Assembly (NCBI RefSeq): GCF_020745735.1
Contig: NC_083417.1
Span: 42,904,001 to 42,968,000, forward strand
Direction: 5' to 3'
DNA from: Hemiscyllium ocellatum
Taxonomy: Eukaryota
DNA: 64,000 nucleotides
Position 1 is the stretch's first letter. Each line of letters starts with the position of its first letter. This document shows positions 12,630-27,240 of this stretch, in pieces. Below the pieces are notes generated by a model. The model searched no databases and was not told the DNA's origin. It saw only the letters and a list, made by a program, of their open reading frames with translations. A program made the translations under genes and the position numbers.

Positions 12630-13540
12630 CAGGGATTTGTGGACAAAGAAGAAATGATTGGGATGAGAACATAGGAGGTATGATTACTAAGTTTGCATAT
12701 GACATCAAAACTGCTCACATAGTGAACAGTGAAGGAGGTTATTTCAGAATACAAAAGAACCATGATCAACTGGGGCAATGGACTGAGGAATGGCAGATGT
12801 AGTTCAATGTAGATAAATGCAAAATACTGTATCTCGGTAAGACAAACCAGAGCAAGACTTACAATTAATGGCAGGGCTCTGGGTAGTGGGACTCTGGTAA
12901 TCAAACAGACTTATGGTTGCAGGAACATAACTCTTTAAAAGTTATACAGGATGGTGAAGGCAGTGTTTGGCACGCTTGCCTTCACTGGTCAGAGCACCGA
13001 GTAGAGCAATTGGAAGGCCATGTTACAGGCATCGGTGAGGCCGCATTTGGAATACTGCACACAATTCTGGTCACCCTACTATAGGAAGCATGTCATTAAA
13101 CTGGAATGGGTGCAAAAACGATTTACAAGGATGTTACTGATATTGGAAGGTTTGAGTTATAAGCAGAGGTTAGATAGTTTGGGATTCTTTTTCCCCTGGA
13201 GTGTAGGAGACTGAAAGGTGACCTTAAAATTATGATGGGCACAGGTAAAATGAATGGCTAAGGTCTTTTCCCCAGAGTAGGAAGCCAACACTAGAGGGCA
13301 TAGGTTCAAGGAGAAAGGGAAAAGATTTTAAAAAGGTACATGAGGCACAACTTTTTCCAGAGTGGTGTGTATAAGGAACGAGCTGCCAGAGGATGTGGTG
13401 GATGAGAGTACATTTACAACATGTAAAAGATGTTTAGACAAGCACACGGGTAGCAAAGATTTAAAGGAATATGGGCCAAATGCAGGCAAATGGGTCAAGT
13501 TCAATTTAGGAAACGTGCTTGGCATGGACAAGTTGAACTA
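12630..13540 (+). mobile_element. CR1 LINE 3' fragment
   Basis: VRPHLEYCTQFWSPYYRKHVIKLEWVQKRFTRML. Confidence 0.88.
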
Positions 13541-14889
13541 AAGTGATAAAGTTATATAGCCCTAACAATTAAATGGTTGCTGGTCTGTTTCAGCAAATTG
13601 AGTTTAAAACTACATTCCTACTTAAAAAGAAATTCAGATGGTAGCCAGTAGTTGAATGAGACAGATGACTGTCCATCATAATGGAGTAGTTGTGCCATAG
13701 TCTTAGAACAACTCTTAGACTGATGGCAATTCCAAAGAGATTCCAATTACCCAGGTTGACCATTTTGGCATTACATAATATTCAGCTTGCACATTTGACA
13801 ATGAAACACATAACTGACAAGAACTGCTTTGATATCAGTTCACTGCAGTTTGCTTTTCCATTCTAGTTTCACATAACAGAATTTAAACATTTCTCAATTC
13901 ACCATCAAAATTACCTCATTATTCCAAGTCCCAGTTTGTACAACAAGACTCAAAATTCCTTAAAAAACAGTTGACTGTTTTCCCAGTCAAGTGATTGATA
14001 GTCACTTCAGAAGCAAATACTTAAATTTTAATCACAGCTGTTGTTATCACAGGCATCCACTTAAAAAAAAGTGAATCTCATTCCCTGGCTCTATAAACTG
14101 AAATGCACCCACACAATTTGCAACACAGTCACAGGAATACTGAAATGAAACATGTCATGCCCTCATTGTATAACTATAAAATCCCAAAGAATGCATAAAT
14201 ATTGGCCCCACAGCCAGAATCAGTTATTGCAGAATACAACTTTTCAAAAATAAAAGCCCACCTTTGCATTTGTTTTAACTGAAGCAGAAAAGTACAAGTA
14301 AATGTGATTCACAAATAACTACTTGCAAAATTCAAAAATCAATTTCCTTATATTTAATCATCCAGCATGAACAACATTACAAATGTCAATCTTGCTGTTT
14401 AAATAATTTCAGTCCAAATGTCACAAAGACTTTCAGTGTTGATTATTTCCCAATAAACTTTGCTTCTACTTCAATCTCATTGTATAAATCACCGACTGAC
14501 TTAGAAGTGACAAATTAGGAACACTACAGCCTTCAATACGGATATCACAGGGAAGACAACGGACCAGATTTAGCAGTTGGAATTACAGTGAAACAGTTGG
14601 CATTAGCCTCCTTCATTAGTCAGTAAAACTGCCAACGTGTCCATCTGCATATGTAGTTCATAATGGACATCCCGAAGTTTTGTCAGTGATTCCTTGCAGC
14701 TTCAGTATAATCTATTAAGTCCTGGAAGGTGGAAATCTCAATGTGAATTGAAATGAATCTTAGCATTTTGTGCAGCTCGTTTCATAAAAGTATTCTTTCA
14801 AACCTTGTTGAGTGAGGTGTAACTGGATTTAAAGAGCATCCAAAAGTTATAAATGCTACAGAACACTCGCTGGGATCAAAATGCAAATT

Positions 14890-16145
14890 TTGTTCATGAA
14901 ATGTCCATATAGACTTCAGTCAGGCATTCAACAAGGATCCTCATTGTAGACTGGTTAGCAAGGTTAGATCAATTGAATATAGGGAGAACTAACCACTGGA
15001 TACAGAGTTGGCTTGAAAGCAGAAGACAGAGGGTGATGGTGAAGGGCTGTTGTTCAGATTGGAGGCCTGTGACCAGTGGTGTGCCATAAGGATTGGTGCT
15101 GAGTCCACTTGCTTTTAATCAAATATGAAAATGATTTGGATGTGAACGTGGGAGGTATGGTTAGTAAGTCTGCAGATGACATGAAAATTGGAAGTATAGT
15201 GACAGCAAAGGATATGTCAGTACAACAGGACCTTGATCAGATGGACCAATGGACCAAGGAGTGGCAGACAGAGCTTAATTTAAATAAATAGGAGGGGCGG
15301 CATTTTGGAAAGGCAATTCAGGACAGGTCTTATGCACTTAATGGTAAGGTCCTGGCCAGTGTTGCTGAACAAAGAGACGTTGAAGTGCAAGTTCCTCGAG
15401 AGTCACACTTAGACTAGTGACGGTGCTGGTTAGTATGCTTTCCTTTATTGGTCATTGCACGGAGTGTAAGAGTTGGGAGGTCATGTTGCAGCGCTTCAGG
15501 TCATTGGTTAGGCCACTTTTTGAATAGTGCGTGCAATTCTGGTCTCCCTCCTATAGGAAGAATGTTATGAAACTTGAAATGGCTCAGAAATGATTTACAA
15601 GAATGTTGCTGGGCTTGGAGAGTTTGAGCAATAGGGAGTGGCAGATTGGGCTGGGGCTACTTTCCTTGGAGCGTCGGAGGCTGAGGAGTGACCTTATGAA
15701 GGTTTATAAAATCAGGACAGAAAATGTGTTGCTGGAAAAGCGCAGCAGGTCAGGCAGCATCCAAGGAACAGGAAATTCGACGTTTCGGGCACAAGATTTA
15801 TAAAATCAGGAGCATGGATTGAGTTAATAGACAAGGTCTTTTTCCTGGGGTGAGAGAGACCAAAACTTGAGGGCATAGGTTTAGGGTGAGAGAAGGGAAA
15901 ATTCAAAAGGGATGTAAAGGGCAACTTTGTCACATACAGGGTAGTTCCTGGATGGAATGAGCTGCCGGAGGAAGCGGTGGAGGCAGGTAGAATCATAACA
16001 TTTAAAAGGCATCTGAATAGGTCTATGATAGGAAGGGTGGAGGAGGATATGGGCCAAGTACTGGCAAATGATACGACATTAATTTAGGGTATCTGAATGG
16101 CATGGTCGACTTACCGAAGGGTCTGTTTCCATGCTGTACATCTGA
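14890..16145 (+). mobile_element. CR1 LINE 3' fragment
   Basis: NDLDVNVGGMVSKSADDMKIG (FADD motif variant), CR1 3' tail. Confidence 0.88.
15718..15796 (-). mobile_element. Ultra-short Penelope 3'-end insertion inside a CR1
   Basis: 15-bp target-site duplication TTTATAAAATCAGGA (15703-15717, 15797-15811). Confidence 0.88.
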
Positions 16146-17271
16146 TTATAAATGATAAGCTGCTTCATGATTAAATTTTTAAAAAAAACTTATTTTAGTA
16201 AGTATGATATTGCACCTTCTAACTAAATCCCATGGGTATGCTCCAATTCATAGTTAACTCTCTCAAAAGATCAGAAAGTGAACAGTTGTTCTGGCTTGCT
16301 GTCTGAATCTTTCATTGTGATTAGCTGCTCAAGCTGCTTTATGGCATCACTGTTCCCAGATAAACAGTCCCTTCCTCTAACACCAGAATGAATTCTAGAA
16401 AAGCAAAATCCATGCTGTACAAATCACTGAATTATCATAGACAGTTATTTTCAGAATCCAATAGCAAACATTGTCACTTTACCATTGACTGCAAAATCTG
16501 GACTATTACATGGAGGATCAGTGAATATTTGAATGGTTTCAGCCAATTCTGAAAATGATAGATACCGTGACACAACCTTTTACACAGACAAGAGCATTTG
16601 GTTTCAGATAAGACAGCAGACATCCTGCACGAAGTCAAACTTAAAGTGCAATAGACAATAATAATTTCATGATTTTCAACAGGCAAGATAGTTAAGACAG
16701 TAAGACTCTGACTGTGCAAGGCGCTATCCAAAGCCCAATTCAGATATAACGCATTTTGGTATAAAGGTCCTAGATTTTATTCATGATCTTTAACAGGGTT
16801 AGGCAGCATTCCTTTGGGTTAAATAGCAGAAACTGTTGGGGCTTCCACTTATTTACACTCCAGCAATGAGATAAAAATTCAGCACATACAAATATATGAT
16901 CAGGTCAAACCAAGTTCGCAGTGGAGGTTAAGCATTTTCCTTGCCCACCAAATTCTAACAATTCCACCGAAACCTAACAAAGTGCTTGACAAACTTCATT
17001 GAAAAGAAATGTTGAAACACATCAACAAGGCTGTTATATACAATGAAGTCTATGCATTTGTATTAATAAAATTGGAGCTAATCATTTTGTGCACTAATAT
17101 CTGTAACAATTATTAAAAGTATATGCACATGCCTCCAATTAAGTCATATAGCATATTTCCTCCAGTCTGACACCAAATCAGTCTCAAATTGCAGTCATAG
17201 GATAGAAATTTGTCTGGCGTGGGTGTGAAATAGACAAAGAATAATAAAGTAATAATCCGAAAGAAATTTAC

Positions 17272-17401
17272 CCCTGTTGCTTGCTTAGTGCTATAACTAC
17301 ACAGTCAGCATGTTTTTCTTTGTTGTAGTCATCCTCTATCTCTCTGTAGAACTGCTGATAAAGCTCATCTCGGCGACTGTCTTCTTGTCTGCAACTATCT
17401 T
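17272..17401 (-). CDS. NCOA5-like coding exon 6 (EDSCRQEDSRRDELYQQFYREIEDDYNKEKHADCVVIALSKQQ)
   Basis: Aligns to NCOA5 RREELYRQYFEEIQRRFDAERPVDCSVIVVNKQ (recalled); cag acceptor, gtaaat donor; 130 nt. Confidence 0.9.
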
Positions 17402-17509
17402 CTGTAAACAAGAATACACAATTAAACCAATTTAAACAGAAGTTTTATTTTTATTCTGAAAATTTACTGCCATGCATTTACATTTGCTTTTTCTGTACTA
17501 CTGAATGTT

Positions 17510-17845
17510 CCAAAAGTATTTTCAGCTTAATCACCCTTGCTACCCAGGGAACATACCAGCCATTTTGCACACCAATGGCCTTCTCACATCGAAGAGCAAA
17601 CAGCACTTAACTTTTTATGTTGCCGTTTGAGGGATCGATATTAACCAAGACACCAGTAATAATTCCTCCCCAACTCTAACCTTTCTTCAGTATAGTCCAA
17701 TGAGTTCACCCTCTGGCAGTGCAGAACTCCTGCTTGCTGCAATGAAGTGTTAGCCTAAATGGCTGTGCACAAGTCTTGGAACGGGACTTAAACCCACAAC
17801 CTTCTGCTTTAAAAGAAAAGAGTGCTACCAAATGAATTATGACTG
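17510..17845 (-). mobile_element. Ancient tRNA-derived SINE, probably DeuSINE-type; related core at about 60340-60520
   Basis: Minus-strand head tggtagcactc...gaaggttgtgggtttaagtccc; shared ttgagggat..atatt..caagacac core. Confidence 0.55.
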
Positions 17846-19549
17846 ACATGGCATTGCACATATTCAATCCATATTATCCTTCAACAGTATGCTAATTAAT
17901 CCTGTTGAGGGAAAAAGCTTCTGTTTGTTGCTTACATTAATGCAACGTTTAATTTTAAGCTGATTTGCCTTGAAGTGCTTGGAGAAATGTTTAATTGCAA
18001 ATAATGTTCAACTTCTCATGTTTAAAATATTTTCATGCCTGAATGAGTGGTTTCAAAATAAAGCAGAGTACCTCTTCACATATTTACAACTGCAGATTAT
18101 GAGCAAATCCAAGATAACTAAACTTCAAAGCAGTTGTTAAAATCTATCACCCCACTTGACTTCCTGCTGTCAGGAAATTATAATTACACACTGCTTACGT
18201 AATTATTGTGGTACAAACTTAATAATCAGACGACTTTGATTTTCTGCCCAGACTGAACAGTGATAACAACAAAAAAATCCACAGTACAATTATTCTACGT
18301 TATTTTCTGCTTAGGTCAAGTTTCTCTTTCAGGGTAGTTATCAATACAGTGACCTGTGGGTTGGTAAACATCATCACAATGATCAGCAGCAACTGCAATT
18401 TGGCAACAGACACCAATGAAAACTTAGTCGCTTCATGTCCAGCTGATGTGGCAGAACTTCTCAATTTTAGTCAATGGTGTGCCATATGAAGACACCCCAT
18501 CTGAAATAGACTTGCTTGCTACATGCTCTTACCTTTCATAAATGGAAGGATGCTGGGAACTAACTGAATGCATCCTTTTAACCCGATTGCCTCAGTAGCT
18601 ACGTAATCAGCATATTTCATTCCTTCCTTTCAGGGCCTCAATGATTTCCTTCACTTGTCAGCACAACTGACAATTATCAGTTTGATGGATCTATCTGCCA
18701 GTCAAAACGAGTGCAAAGTATCAAGGTATAAGCAGCTACAGTTTCAATCAACTTAGTCTCTCAAATCCCAGCCTCAACCTAAACTGCTCAATTCAGTGTG
18801 CACTTCTGTCAAATATCTGAAGCAACAGCACCAAAAGGAAACATATGGCTGTCAAACCAGTATATTGATACATGCTGTTTAATTCATCCTGTTTGTTAAT
18901 CTAAGCAATACAACTGACAGAACTTGGTCATCTATATTAAATGACATCGTTCATTTCTGAGCTGCATTACTCTCAACTCAGAAGTATTTTCTATTATAGA
19001 ACATCAAAACACCAATCACAACATGGTTTCCCATATATGGCGACTTAAACCCTGCCACTTCAGGAAGCAGCAGTTCCACAAACAGGTCAGCAGTCTGTTC
19101 ATTGTTCCATCAGTCAGTAGATTTCCACGTGCAGCAGAGCCTTTAACATCAGATCCTAAATCCCAGCCTGAACCAAAAGAATCCCTGTACTGATGAACAT
19201 GCCTATCCGAAAGGAAACTATCCACCTAACTGAATAAGATAATAAATAAGAGAAGGTCATTCAACTCTTCAAGACTGCTCCACCTAAGAAAATTATGGCT
19301 TCTATTATTGCTTTAACTCCAATTTCCTGACTACGGTTTGGTTTTCTTACAGATCAAAAATTTAGCTCACATTACAATTCGTAGGAAGTCAAGTGGGGTT
19401 ACAGATTTTAACATGATGATAGATTATTTGCCAACTACTTTGAAGTTTAGTTATCTTGGATTTGCCTCAACCTCCATAGCTTTATCTGAAAAGGAATTCC
19501 AAAGTCCAATGACCCTCAAGAGAAATTTCTCATCTTGATCTGAAATAGA

Positions 19550-20990
19550 CAATAGGTGCACGAGTAGGCCATTTGGCCCTTCAAGCCAGCACCACCATTC
19601 ATTATGATCATGGCTGATCATCCACAATCAGTATCCTGTTCCTGCCTTATTCCCATAACCCTTGATTCCACTATCTTTAAGACCTCTATCCATCTCTTTC
19701 TTGAAAGTATCCAGAGACATGGCCTCCAGTGCCTTCTGGGACAGAGAATTCCATATATCCACTGCTCTCTGGGTGAAGAAGTTTCTCCTCAACTCTGTTC
19801 TAAATGGCCTCCCCCTTATTTTTAAAAAGTGTTCTCTGATTCGGGACTCACCCATCAGCGGAAACATGCTTCCAGCCTCCAATGTCCAATCCTTTAATAA
19901 TCTTATACGTCTCAATCAGATCCCCTCTCATCCTTCTAAACGCAAGTGTACACAAGCCCAGTCACACCAATCTTTCAACATAAGATAGTCCCGCCATTCT
20001 GGGAATTGACCTCGTGAACCTATGCTGCACTGCCTCAAGAGCCAGAATGTCCTCCCTCAAATGTGGAGACCAAAACTGCACACAATACTCCAGGGACAGT
20101 CTCACCAGGGCCCTGCACAGCTGCAGAAGGATCTCTTCACTCCTATATTCAATTCTTCTTGTTATGAAGGCCAGCATGCCATTAGCTTTCTTCACTCCCT
20201 GCTGTACCTGCATGCTTGCTTTCATTGACTGATTTACAAGCACACCTCGATCTTGTTGTACTTCCCCTTTACCTAACTTGACTCCATTTAGATAGTCATC
20301 TACTTTCTTGTTCTTGCCACCAAAAAAGATAACCACACATTTGTCCACATTAAACCGCATCTGCCATGCATCCGTCCACTCACCTAGCCTGTCCAAGTCA
20401 CCTTGTAATCTCATAACATCCTCCCTGCAATTTCACCCTGCCACTCAGCTTTGTGTCATCAGCAAATTTGCTAATATTTTAATACCATCTATATCATTAA
20501 TGTATACTGTAAACAGCTGTGGTCCCAGCACCAGACCTTGTGGTACCCCACTGGTCACGCCTGCCATTCTGAAACAGACCCCTTATTACTCCTTTTTGCT
20601 TCCTGTCAGCTGGCCAATTTTCAACCCAAGTCAGTATTTTGCTCCCAGTACCACATGCCCTAATTTTTCCCACTAATCTCCTATGTAGGACTTTATCACA
20701 GGCTTTCTGAAAGTCCATGTAGACTACATCCACTGGTTCTCCCATGTCCATCTTCATGGTTACATCCTCAAAAAATTCCAGATTAGTCAAGCACGATTTC
20801 CCCAAAAATGCATGCTGACTCTTGACCCATCTTGTTACTGCTACCCAAATGAGTCATAATTTCATCTTTTATAATGGACTCCAGCATCTTTCCCACCACT
20901 GGACGACAGGCTAACCGGTCTTTAATTCCCAGTTTTCTCTCTCGCTCCTTTCTTCAAAAGTGGGACATTAGCCACCCTGCAATCTGCAGG
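19550..20990 (-). mobile_element. CR1 LINE RT fragment
   Basis: GKSCLTNLEFFEDVT..VDVVYMDFQKACDKV; LEYCVQFWSP. Confidence 0.92.
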
Positions 20991-23457
20991 GATTAAATGG
21001 GAGAGATCTTAGTTTTATTTATAAATTGTGGCTCCTAGATCTAGGTTCCCATGAAGGAGTTGAGCATTTTCCAGCATCCAACTCAAATCTGGAAATGTTG
21101 CATTTTTCACCATGGTCCCCGCAGAATTATTGGTCCTCCATCCTAAGCAAGTTTATCCTCACTGCACGTGTAAACAGTAGATGTGCATCTGAACATTCTA
21201 AAGAATTGATAAAGTTCTTCATAAATAATTGTTAATTGAAGGTAATGGAAGTGTAGATATATTATTGAACTGTTGAAATGACTGGATCCAGGTTAAAGAT
21301 CTATTTTTTAAAAATCAATCCATCTATTTGGAGATGTTAGGACACACCCCTGAAGCACGAGACAAACTCCTTTGCTTCTGGTTCTGGGCACAATCACTGT
21401 GCCACAACAGTCCTTCTGAAATGGGCAGGCATTCTTATTGGCAGAATATGACTACTTGTGCCTGCAAGGATCTAGATTCAGACCTCAGCTTTTCACTGCT
21501 TATTAATAATTTTGATGACATATTAGACTCATAAGCAAGTTCACAAACGCCATAACGATAGGCAACATTTTGAGTGGTGAAGATGCAGCATAAAATTACT
21601 AAAATTAAAATCGGCAAACTCCTGGCCAATGCATTTATGCACAGGCAAATGAGAAATCGGCAACTTTAGAAAGGTTAGAACAGGGCAGTCGCCAACTGAA
21701 AAGCTAGAAACAGTGGCATCCATAGAAGCTCTTGTGCCAAAGCATACCAAGGAATAGAATATCAGAAACAGATGCAGAAAATAATTAACAAGTTAATAGA
21801 ATGTTGGCATTTGTAGAAACATAATTCAAAGAAACATTGTAAATGGCCACACTGCACTACAGGGAGAGTCATTTTATCAGCCATGTTTATGTTAACTGTC
21901 TACTACAGCAAAGCAGTTTCAGACTTTCACTTCTTTGCTATAGCCATTTATGTTTTCCTTTTTTAAAAATTATCCATGTAAAAGTTATGCTGCAGTTAAA
22001 CAAAACACTAGTTATAACCATACCTGAAGTACTGAACAATTCTCAACACAAAACCTGAGGAAGGATATTTTGGCTTCAGAATTATACTTTATATCCAAGG
22101 GTTAAATTACAAGTGTTGCATCGTTTAAGATCCATATCTATCAAGGAACGGGTGGGTAGATGAAAACTACTTTTCCAGTTATGGAATCAAACACATGGGA
22201 GCAGAGTCTAATAATTAGCCTTTAACGAGTGAAACAGGAAACAATTTACCTGCAAAGAATGATAAAGTTTGGAAACATTTTTTCCCACAAATGGCACTTA
22301 AGGGACAAACTGTTCCTTATTAATCTAGGGTAAAGGAGAGATGGGGAAGGGGTGGGGACAGGACAGAGTCCTTGGAGCTGAATCTCAGTGAATGCTAGAA
22401 AAGACTTCAGAGGCTAAATGACAAATGTGGCAAAAACCCACTTGAAAACGTTTACTTGCAGAGAATCCCATCAATAATTCTAGACGCAAAGCAGGAAAAA
22501 CATTCATGACTACAGCTCATTAACAACTAGCTCAAAGCATACGAATAGGGACAGCAAAGGAAGTACTCCAAGAATGATGGGGGCTGGCAAGAACGTGGTG
22601 GTACAACTGGAGGTACCCACAGTGCAGTAATATCAACGAACTGTTCCCCATTATTTCTGCCATCCACTCAACCTCTTCCTAGCATCTTCAATTTTCGCCC
22701 ATTTCACCATAAAGCTACACTTGTTAATATCCTGCCATATGGTACACTCTATGGGTGAGCAGTAAATTGTTTTAAAATCTTTCCTTTGTATGCAACTCCT
22801 CAACATTTCTACAATTAATTTCTCCATTGCACATTTATGGAAATTGGCAAGTTAAACACATCTCCTACCAACCCTTCAAGGAATGGTACATGTCTCAATT
22901 TCCAGTTCCTAACCTTTTTCTGCAATGCCCCAATCTCCAAACATAATTCTACTTATCTATACCAGTTAAAAATTAATCAGAATAATAAGCCCCATTTTGT
23001 CTGACAATTGGAACTGGTCTTGACTTGGGTACAATGTCAGGGATCTTTTATTTTAAGGAATGTACAATTATAAAGAGGGATCAGTGATGAATACCAAAAG
23101 GCCTTCAAGCTAAGCAGAATAAAATACATGGCAAAACAAAAATTCCAAAGTAAATGTCAAGACTAAGATGTTTACCTACAAAAGTCCAAACATTCATGTA
23201 GGCTTCATTACATTTGTGGAATTAAATACTAAAACAAAACTGGTAATATCATTTGAGCACTCTGATTCCATTGTTGCCTCATAAATAATCCTAGCTATGA
23301 CATGAAATAAAAATATTAGCAAACATATCTAGGTAGCAGCCGCGGCAGTCTTTTAACATATACAGCTTTACTTGCTTTCACCAGTCATTTTACAAACAGG
23401 CTGTATATACAGCAAATATTTTGTAGTCTACAAGCAGGTGCTAATTATCTGATATAC

Positions 23458-23534
23458 CGCTCCAGGTGTAGTTGTAATCCTCTGTACTGTAAGGCTCAGT
23501 ATAGCCACCATAATATTCCAACACTTCCTGAGTC
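23458..23534 (-). CDS. NCOA5-like coding exon 5 (TQEVLEYYGGYTEPYSTEDYNYTWS)
   Basis: Acceptor ctcttgcttttcag, donor gtatat; 77 nt, phase 2 to 1, exactly bridging exons 4 and 6. Confidence 0.7.
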
Positions 23535-24169
23535 CTGAAAAGCAAGAGAGAACAGCAAGTATAGATATCCAATTTACATCCACTTATACAATTACTTAGT
23601 TTGTTTTCTTTTGATGAATATATTTCTTTGGAGTTAACAAATGACAAAAAAAATATGATTTGGACCACCAGTTTAAAAAGTGTTTTGCTCATGCAAGCTT
23701 CAAAACGATCACATGTGGATTCCATTTCACTCAGAAGCAGGTACTCAATTTGGATGAAGCCGAAAAATTGAAGATGTTTGGTGGTCAAACATTTGTTTCA
23801 ACCCCAAACTACTCAGAAAACAGTAATTGGCTGGAATGGCAAGACGGCCATAAAATGGCCACCGGCATGCGCGGTTACACTAGCTGGCCCCAAAATTCAG
23901 AATGCATCCTCTTTATTCCACACGCTCTATCGCATCCCTCTTCTCCTTTTCCCACTTTCCACCTCATGCTCAAATCTGAAATCTAGCTAAAGATGCCTAA
24001 TGGGTTTGGATGTGTGCAGCAAATGTGCCTGCCACTCAGGTGTTTAAACAGCCCAAATGCAAAGATGGTCACACACACTTGAGCCTGGGAAGATGAATCC
24101 CTGTTTCCAAACTTGTTGGAAACAGGGGGTCTGAGCACTGCACAGATTTGTGTTGCTTCCTGTTCCAAT

Positions 24170-24755
24170 GTTGGTTATGTGTTTAGTATGAGCAACTGTA
24201 CACATAAGAAAGATGTCATGCTTCAGTTATACATGAAATCGCTAAGATCACATCTTGAATGCTGCCTGCAGTGTTAGTCTCCTATTTTAAGGAAGGATGT
24301 AAATGCATAGGCACAGTTTAAAGGAAGCTTACTAGATGATACACTGGAATGAGCTGGTTGCCATATGAAAATAAGACAAGACAGGTTGGGCTTGTTTCCA
24401 CTGCAGTTTAAAACATTAAGGGTGACAAGATATTGAACAGTCTTGATGAGATGAATGTGGAAAGAAGTTTCAGCCCAGAAGTGGGAGCACCAGTTTTGGA
24501 GCTTCCTTTTTAGGGTAGAGATGATGGAAATTTTTTTTGAGGTTTGTGCAACTTTGGAACCTTTCAGAATGCACTGGGAGTGTGGTCATTGAATACTTTA
24601 AAAAGATAGAAGTAGATTCTTGTTAGGAAGAGAACCACAGGGCTATTGGGGATATACAAGCATGTAGAATTCAAAATACAAATAGATCAGCCATGATCTT
24701 ATTGAATGGTAGAGAATACTCAAGGGGCTGAATGGTCAACTTCTGCTCCTATTTT
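24170..24755 (+). mobile_element. Old CR1 3' fragment
   Basis: CR1 C-terminal remnant and gatcagccatgatcttattgaatgg 3' UTR. Confidence 0.7.
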
Positions 24756-25728
24756 GACATACTTCCAAGTATGATTAAAGTCAGATCGGCTTTGCACATG
24801 GACCGTCATTGTGCAATCTAGGGGTTTCACAGCCAGGTAGAACAATAATGCAAGGCAGGTTGCAGACCTAATGTAAGCAACATTTATGCTAATGTGTAGC
24901 CATTAGAAACTCATTACAATGTCTTGAGGAAACTCTGGACGTGGTATTAAAAAGGGAAAGCACCATGTATTGACCGAAGAAATCTTAGCAAGCAAAGTGT
25001 AAACTTGGAAGTCTAAGTTTGAATATTTAATACCAAATTGAAAAAGGAATAAAAGGAGGGAACAAATAGATGGAGTTAAGATAGATGATTGGCTCTTATA
25101 ATTTTATGGCTTTAGTTTTCATGATTCCATTCCAGCAGTCTATCCCAGAGGTAAATGATTCTGAGAGCTATTTCTTAATTAGCCCTAAATATGACTAATT
25201 AGTTTGAATCTGTGACTCTACTCGCCATGAACCCCACCCCCCCCAAGATAAAGTTAAGAAACAAACAATAGTCTCAAAAAGCCATCCAAAAATCCCCATT
25301 TATGTGACAAAAAAAAATAAACTCAGTTGTTACTAACCATTTAGCCACAATTGCAAAGTATTCCTAAACCTACAAATTACCATGAACTGAATGGTATGGT
25401 AGATAAAGTACGCTTAATCTACTAGACCCAATTAGAATATTATAACAAAATTTCCATTTGAGATGCAAAGGTTGAAAATAAAATATGTGGACCGCTACAT
25501 GCTTTTAAGAGTAAATTTACTGACAGCCATTAAGACGAAAAATTAACACTCAGGTTAAGTAAAGTTGTCTGCTCTGCAATGGTTTTGACTGGAGCAGAGA
25601 ACTGAAATGCAAAGAACAATACAGAAAATACTGCTCCATTATTTACATTTGGAAATACCGAAAATTTACACCCAAGATAAAAAGCTAAAGCAATTATTGG
25701 GATCACCACAAAGTTATTTATTTCACAC

Positions 25729-25800
25729 CTGTAGGGATCAACTCTTTCAGCTCCTAAAGGTGATCGGTCTCGCTCTAGATCTTGTCGAGTTGAAAGGATA
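25729..25800 (-). CDS. NCOA5-like coding exon 4 (ILSTRQDLERDRSPLGAERVDPY)
   Basis: Acceptor ttctcaatag, donor gtgtga; 72 nt, phase 2-2. RDRSP and DPY resemble motifs in the NCOA5 Arg/Asp-rich N-terminus. Confidence 0.7.
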
Positions 25801-26499
25801 CTATTGAGAACATAAAACAATAACCAAGCTAGTTAAAGAAAACAAACTAAATAGCCGAGATATCAATATCAAGAAATCCCTATTTAAAAACAAAACCTGC
25901 AGATGACTCCGATAGTAACGACATTTGAAATTGTGCAGAAATGAACTTCATTTGGGGTGGGAGTGTCTACATATCATTGGAGGGCAATTTAATAAGACTA
26001 AAACAAAAGTCTGCTTAATCATGATGACCATTACTGAAATTAAATTCAAGTACGTTCAGTTAAAAACAAGTCAGATTGAGTTGCAGTACACCCATTATCG
26101 AAGAGCATTTTGATACACTGTACAGATCCAAATTTGGAGCATGGCAAATACCATGAATTTGAGCCTTCAATTGAATGCATTAAATCAAAGAAAGAATTCT
26201 TGGAAATAAGCAAAATACCATTGAAGGTTTACTTAATTCAATTGTATCAAAATACTCATACTAACAATTGTCCTCAAATGTGATACAACAGAAGTTAAGA
26301 GTCTTTTGTGCCCCTGCAATGGGAAAGCAGAGGATAAGGATTATAGCCACAATTTAGTTATAACAGAGAAAGCATAGTGACGCCCTGGATTGGCAGCACT
26401 GTATTCATGGAAAATTCTTATCCTACTCATTGAAAAATCAATCCATTAAGACAACCTTTAAAAAAAGGGTTACACTGCAATATATGTGAAATCATTTTC

Positions 26500-27240
26500 A
26501 ACGCAACATCATAGAGAAAAACAGCACAGAAACCTTTAGTCCAACTTGCCCAAGCCAACCAAGTTTCCCAAACTAAGTAAGCCCCATTTGCCTGCATTTG
26601 GCCCATATGCCTCTCAGCTTTTCCTACTGACATACCTGTCCAAACTGTTTCAATGTTGTAACTGTACTTAAATCTACCACTTCCTCTGGAAGTTCATTCC
26701 ACATACAAACTCTCCCCTGAAAAAGTTGTTCCTCAGGTCCCTTTTAAATCTTTTGCCTCTCAACCCCGAGTTTTGAACTTCCCCCATCCTAGAGAAATGA
26801 CCTTTGCCATTTACCTATCGAAGCCCTTCATGATTTTGTGAACCTCTAAAGTCATCCCTCAGTCTCCTACACTCCAGTGAAAAAAGTCCCAGCCTAGCCT
26901 TAACCCAAACACTCCATTCCTGGCAACATGCTGGTAAATGTTTTCTCAAGCCTCTCCAATTTACTACTATCCATCCTAAAGCAGGTTGACCAGTACTGTA
27001 GACAGTATTCCCAAGGAGGCCTCATCAACGTCATGGACAACCTCAACATGATGTTCCAACTCTTACATTCAATGGTCTGAGTAATGAAGGCAAACATTTT
27101 AAACATCTTAACCCTCCCTGTCCATCTATCATACAATTCCCGAAGAACTACATACTTGAACCAAGGGCTCTGTTCAACACCACAGGGCCCTACCATTAAC
27201 TGGTTAAGTCCTGCGTTTGTGCTACCAAACAGAACCTATT
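26500..27240 (-). mobile_element. CR1 3' fragment
   Basis: MRPPWEYCLQYWS..KLERLEKTFTSMLPG. Confidence 0.8.

Noticed and set aside
19016-19225. ORF as an extra exon of the NCOA5-like gene
   Set aside because: The required phase-1 reading hits stop codons, and exons 5 and 6 already join in frame.
25793-25801. U12-like GTATCCTTT on the minus strand overlapping the exon-4 acceptor (also plus strand at 8044-8052)
   Set aside because: No upstream exon or matching U12 branch site was found; a 9-mer can occur by chance in this much sequence.
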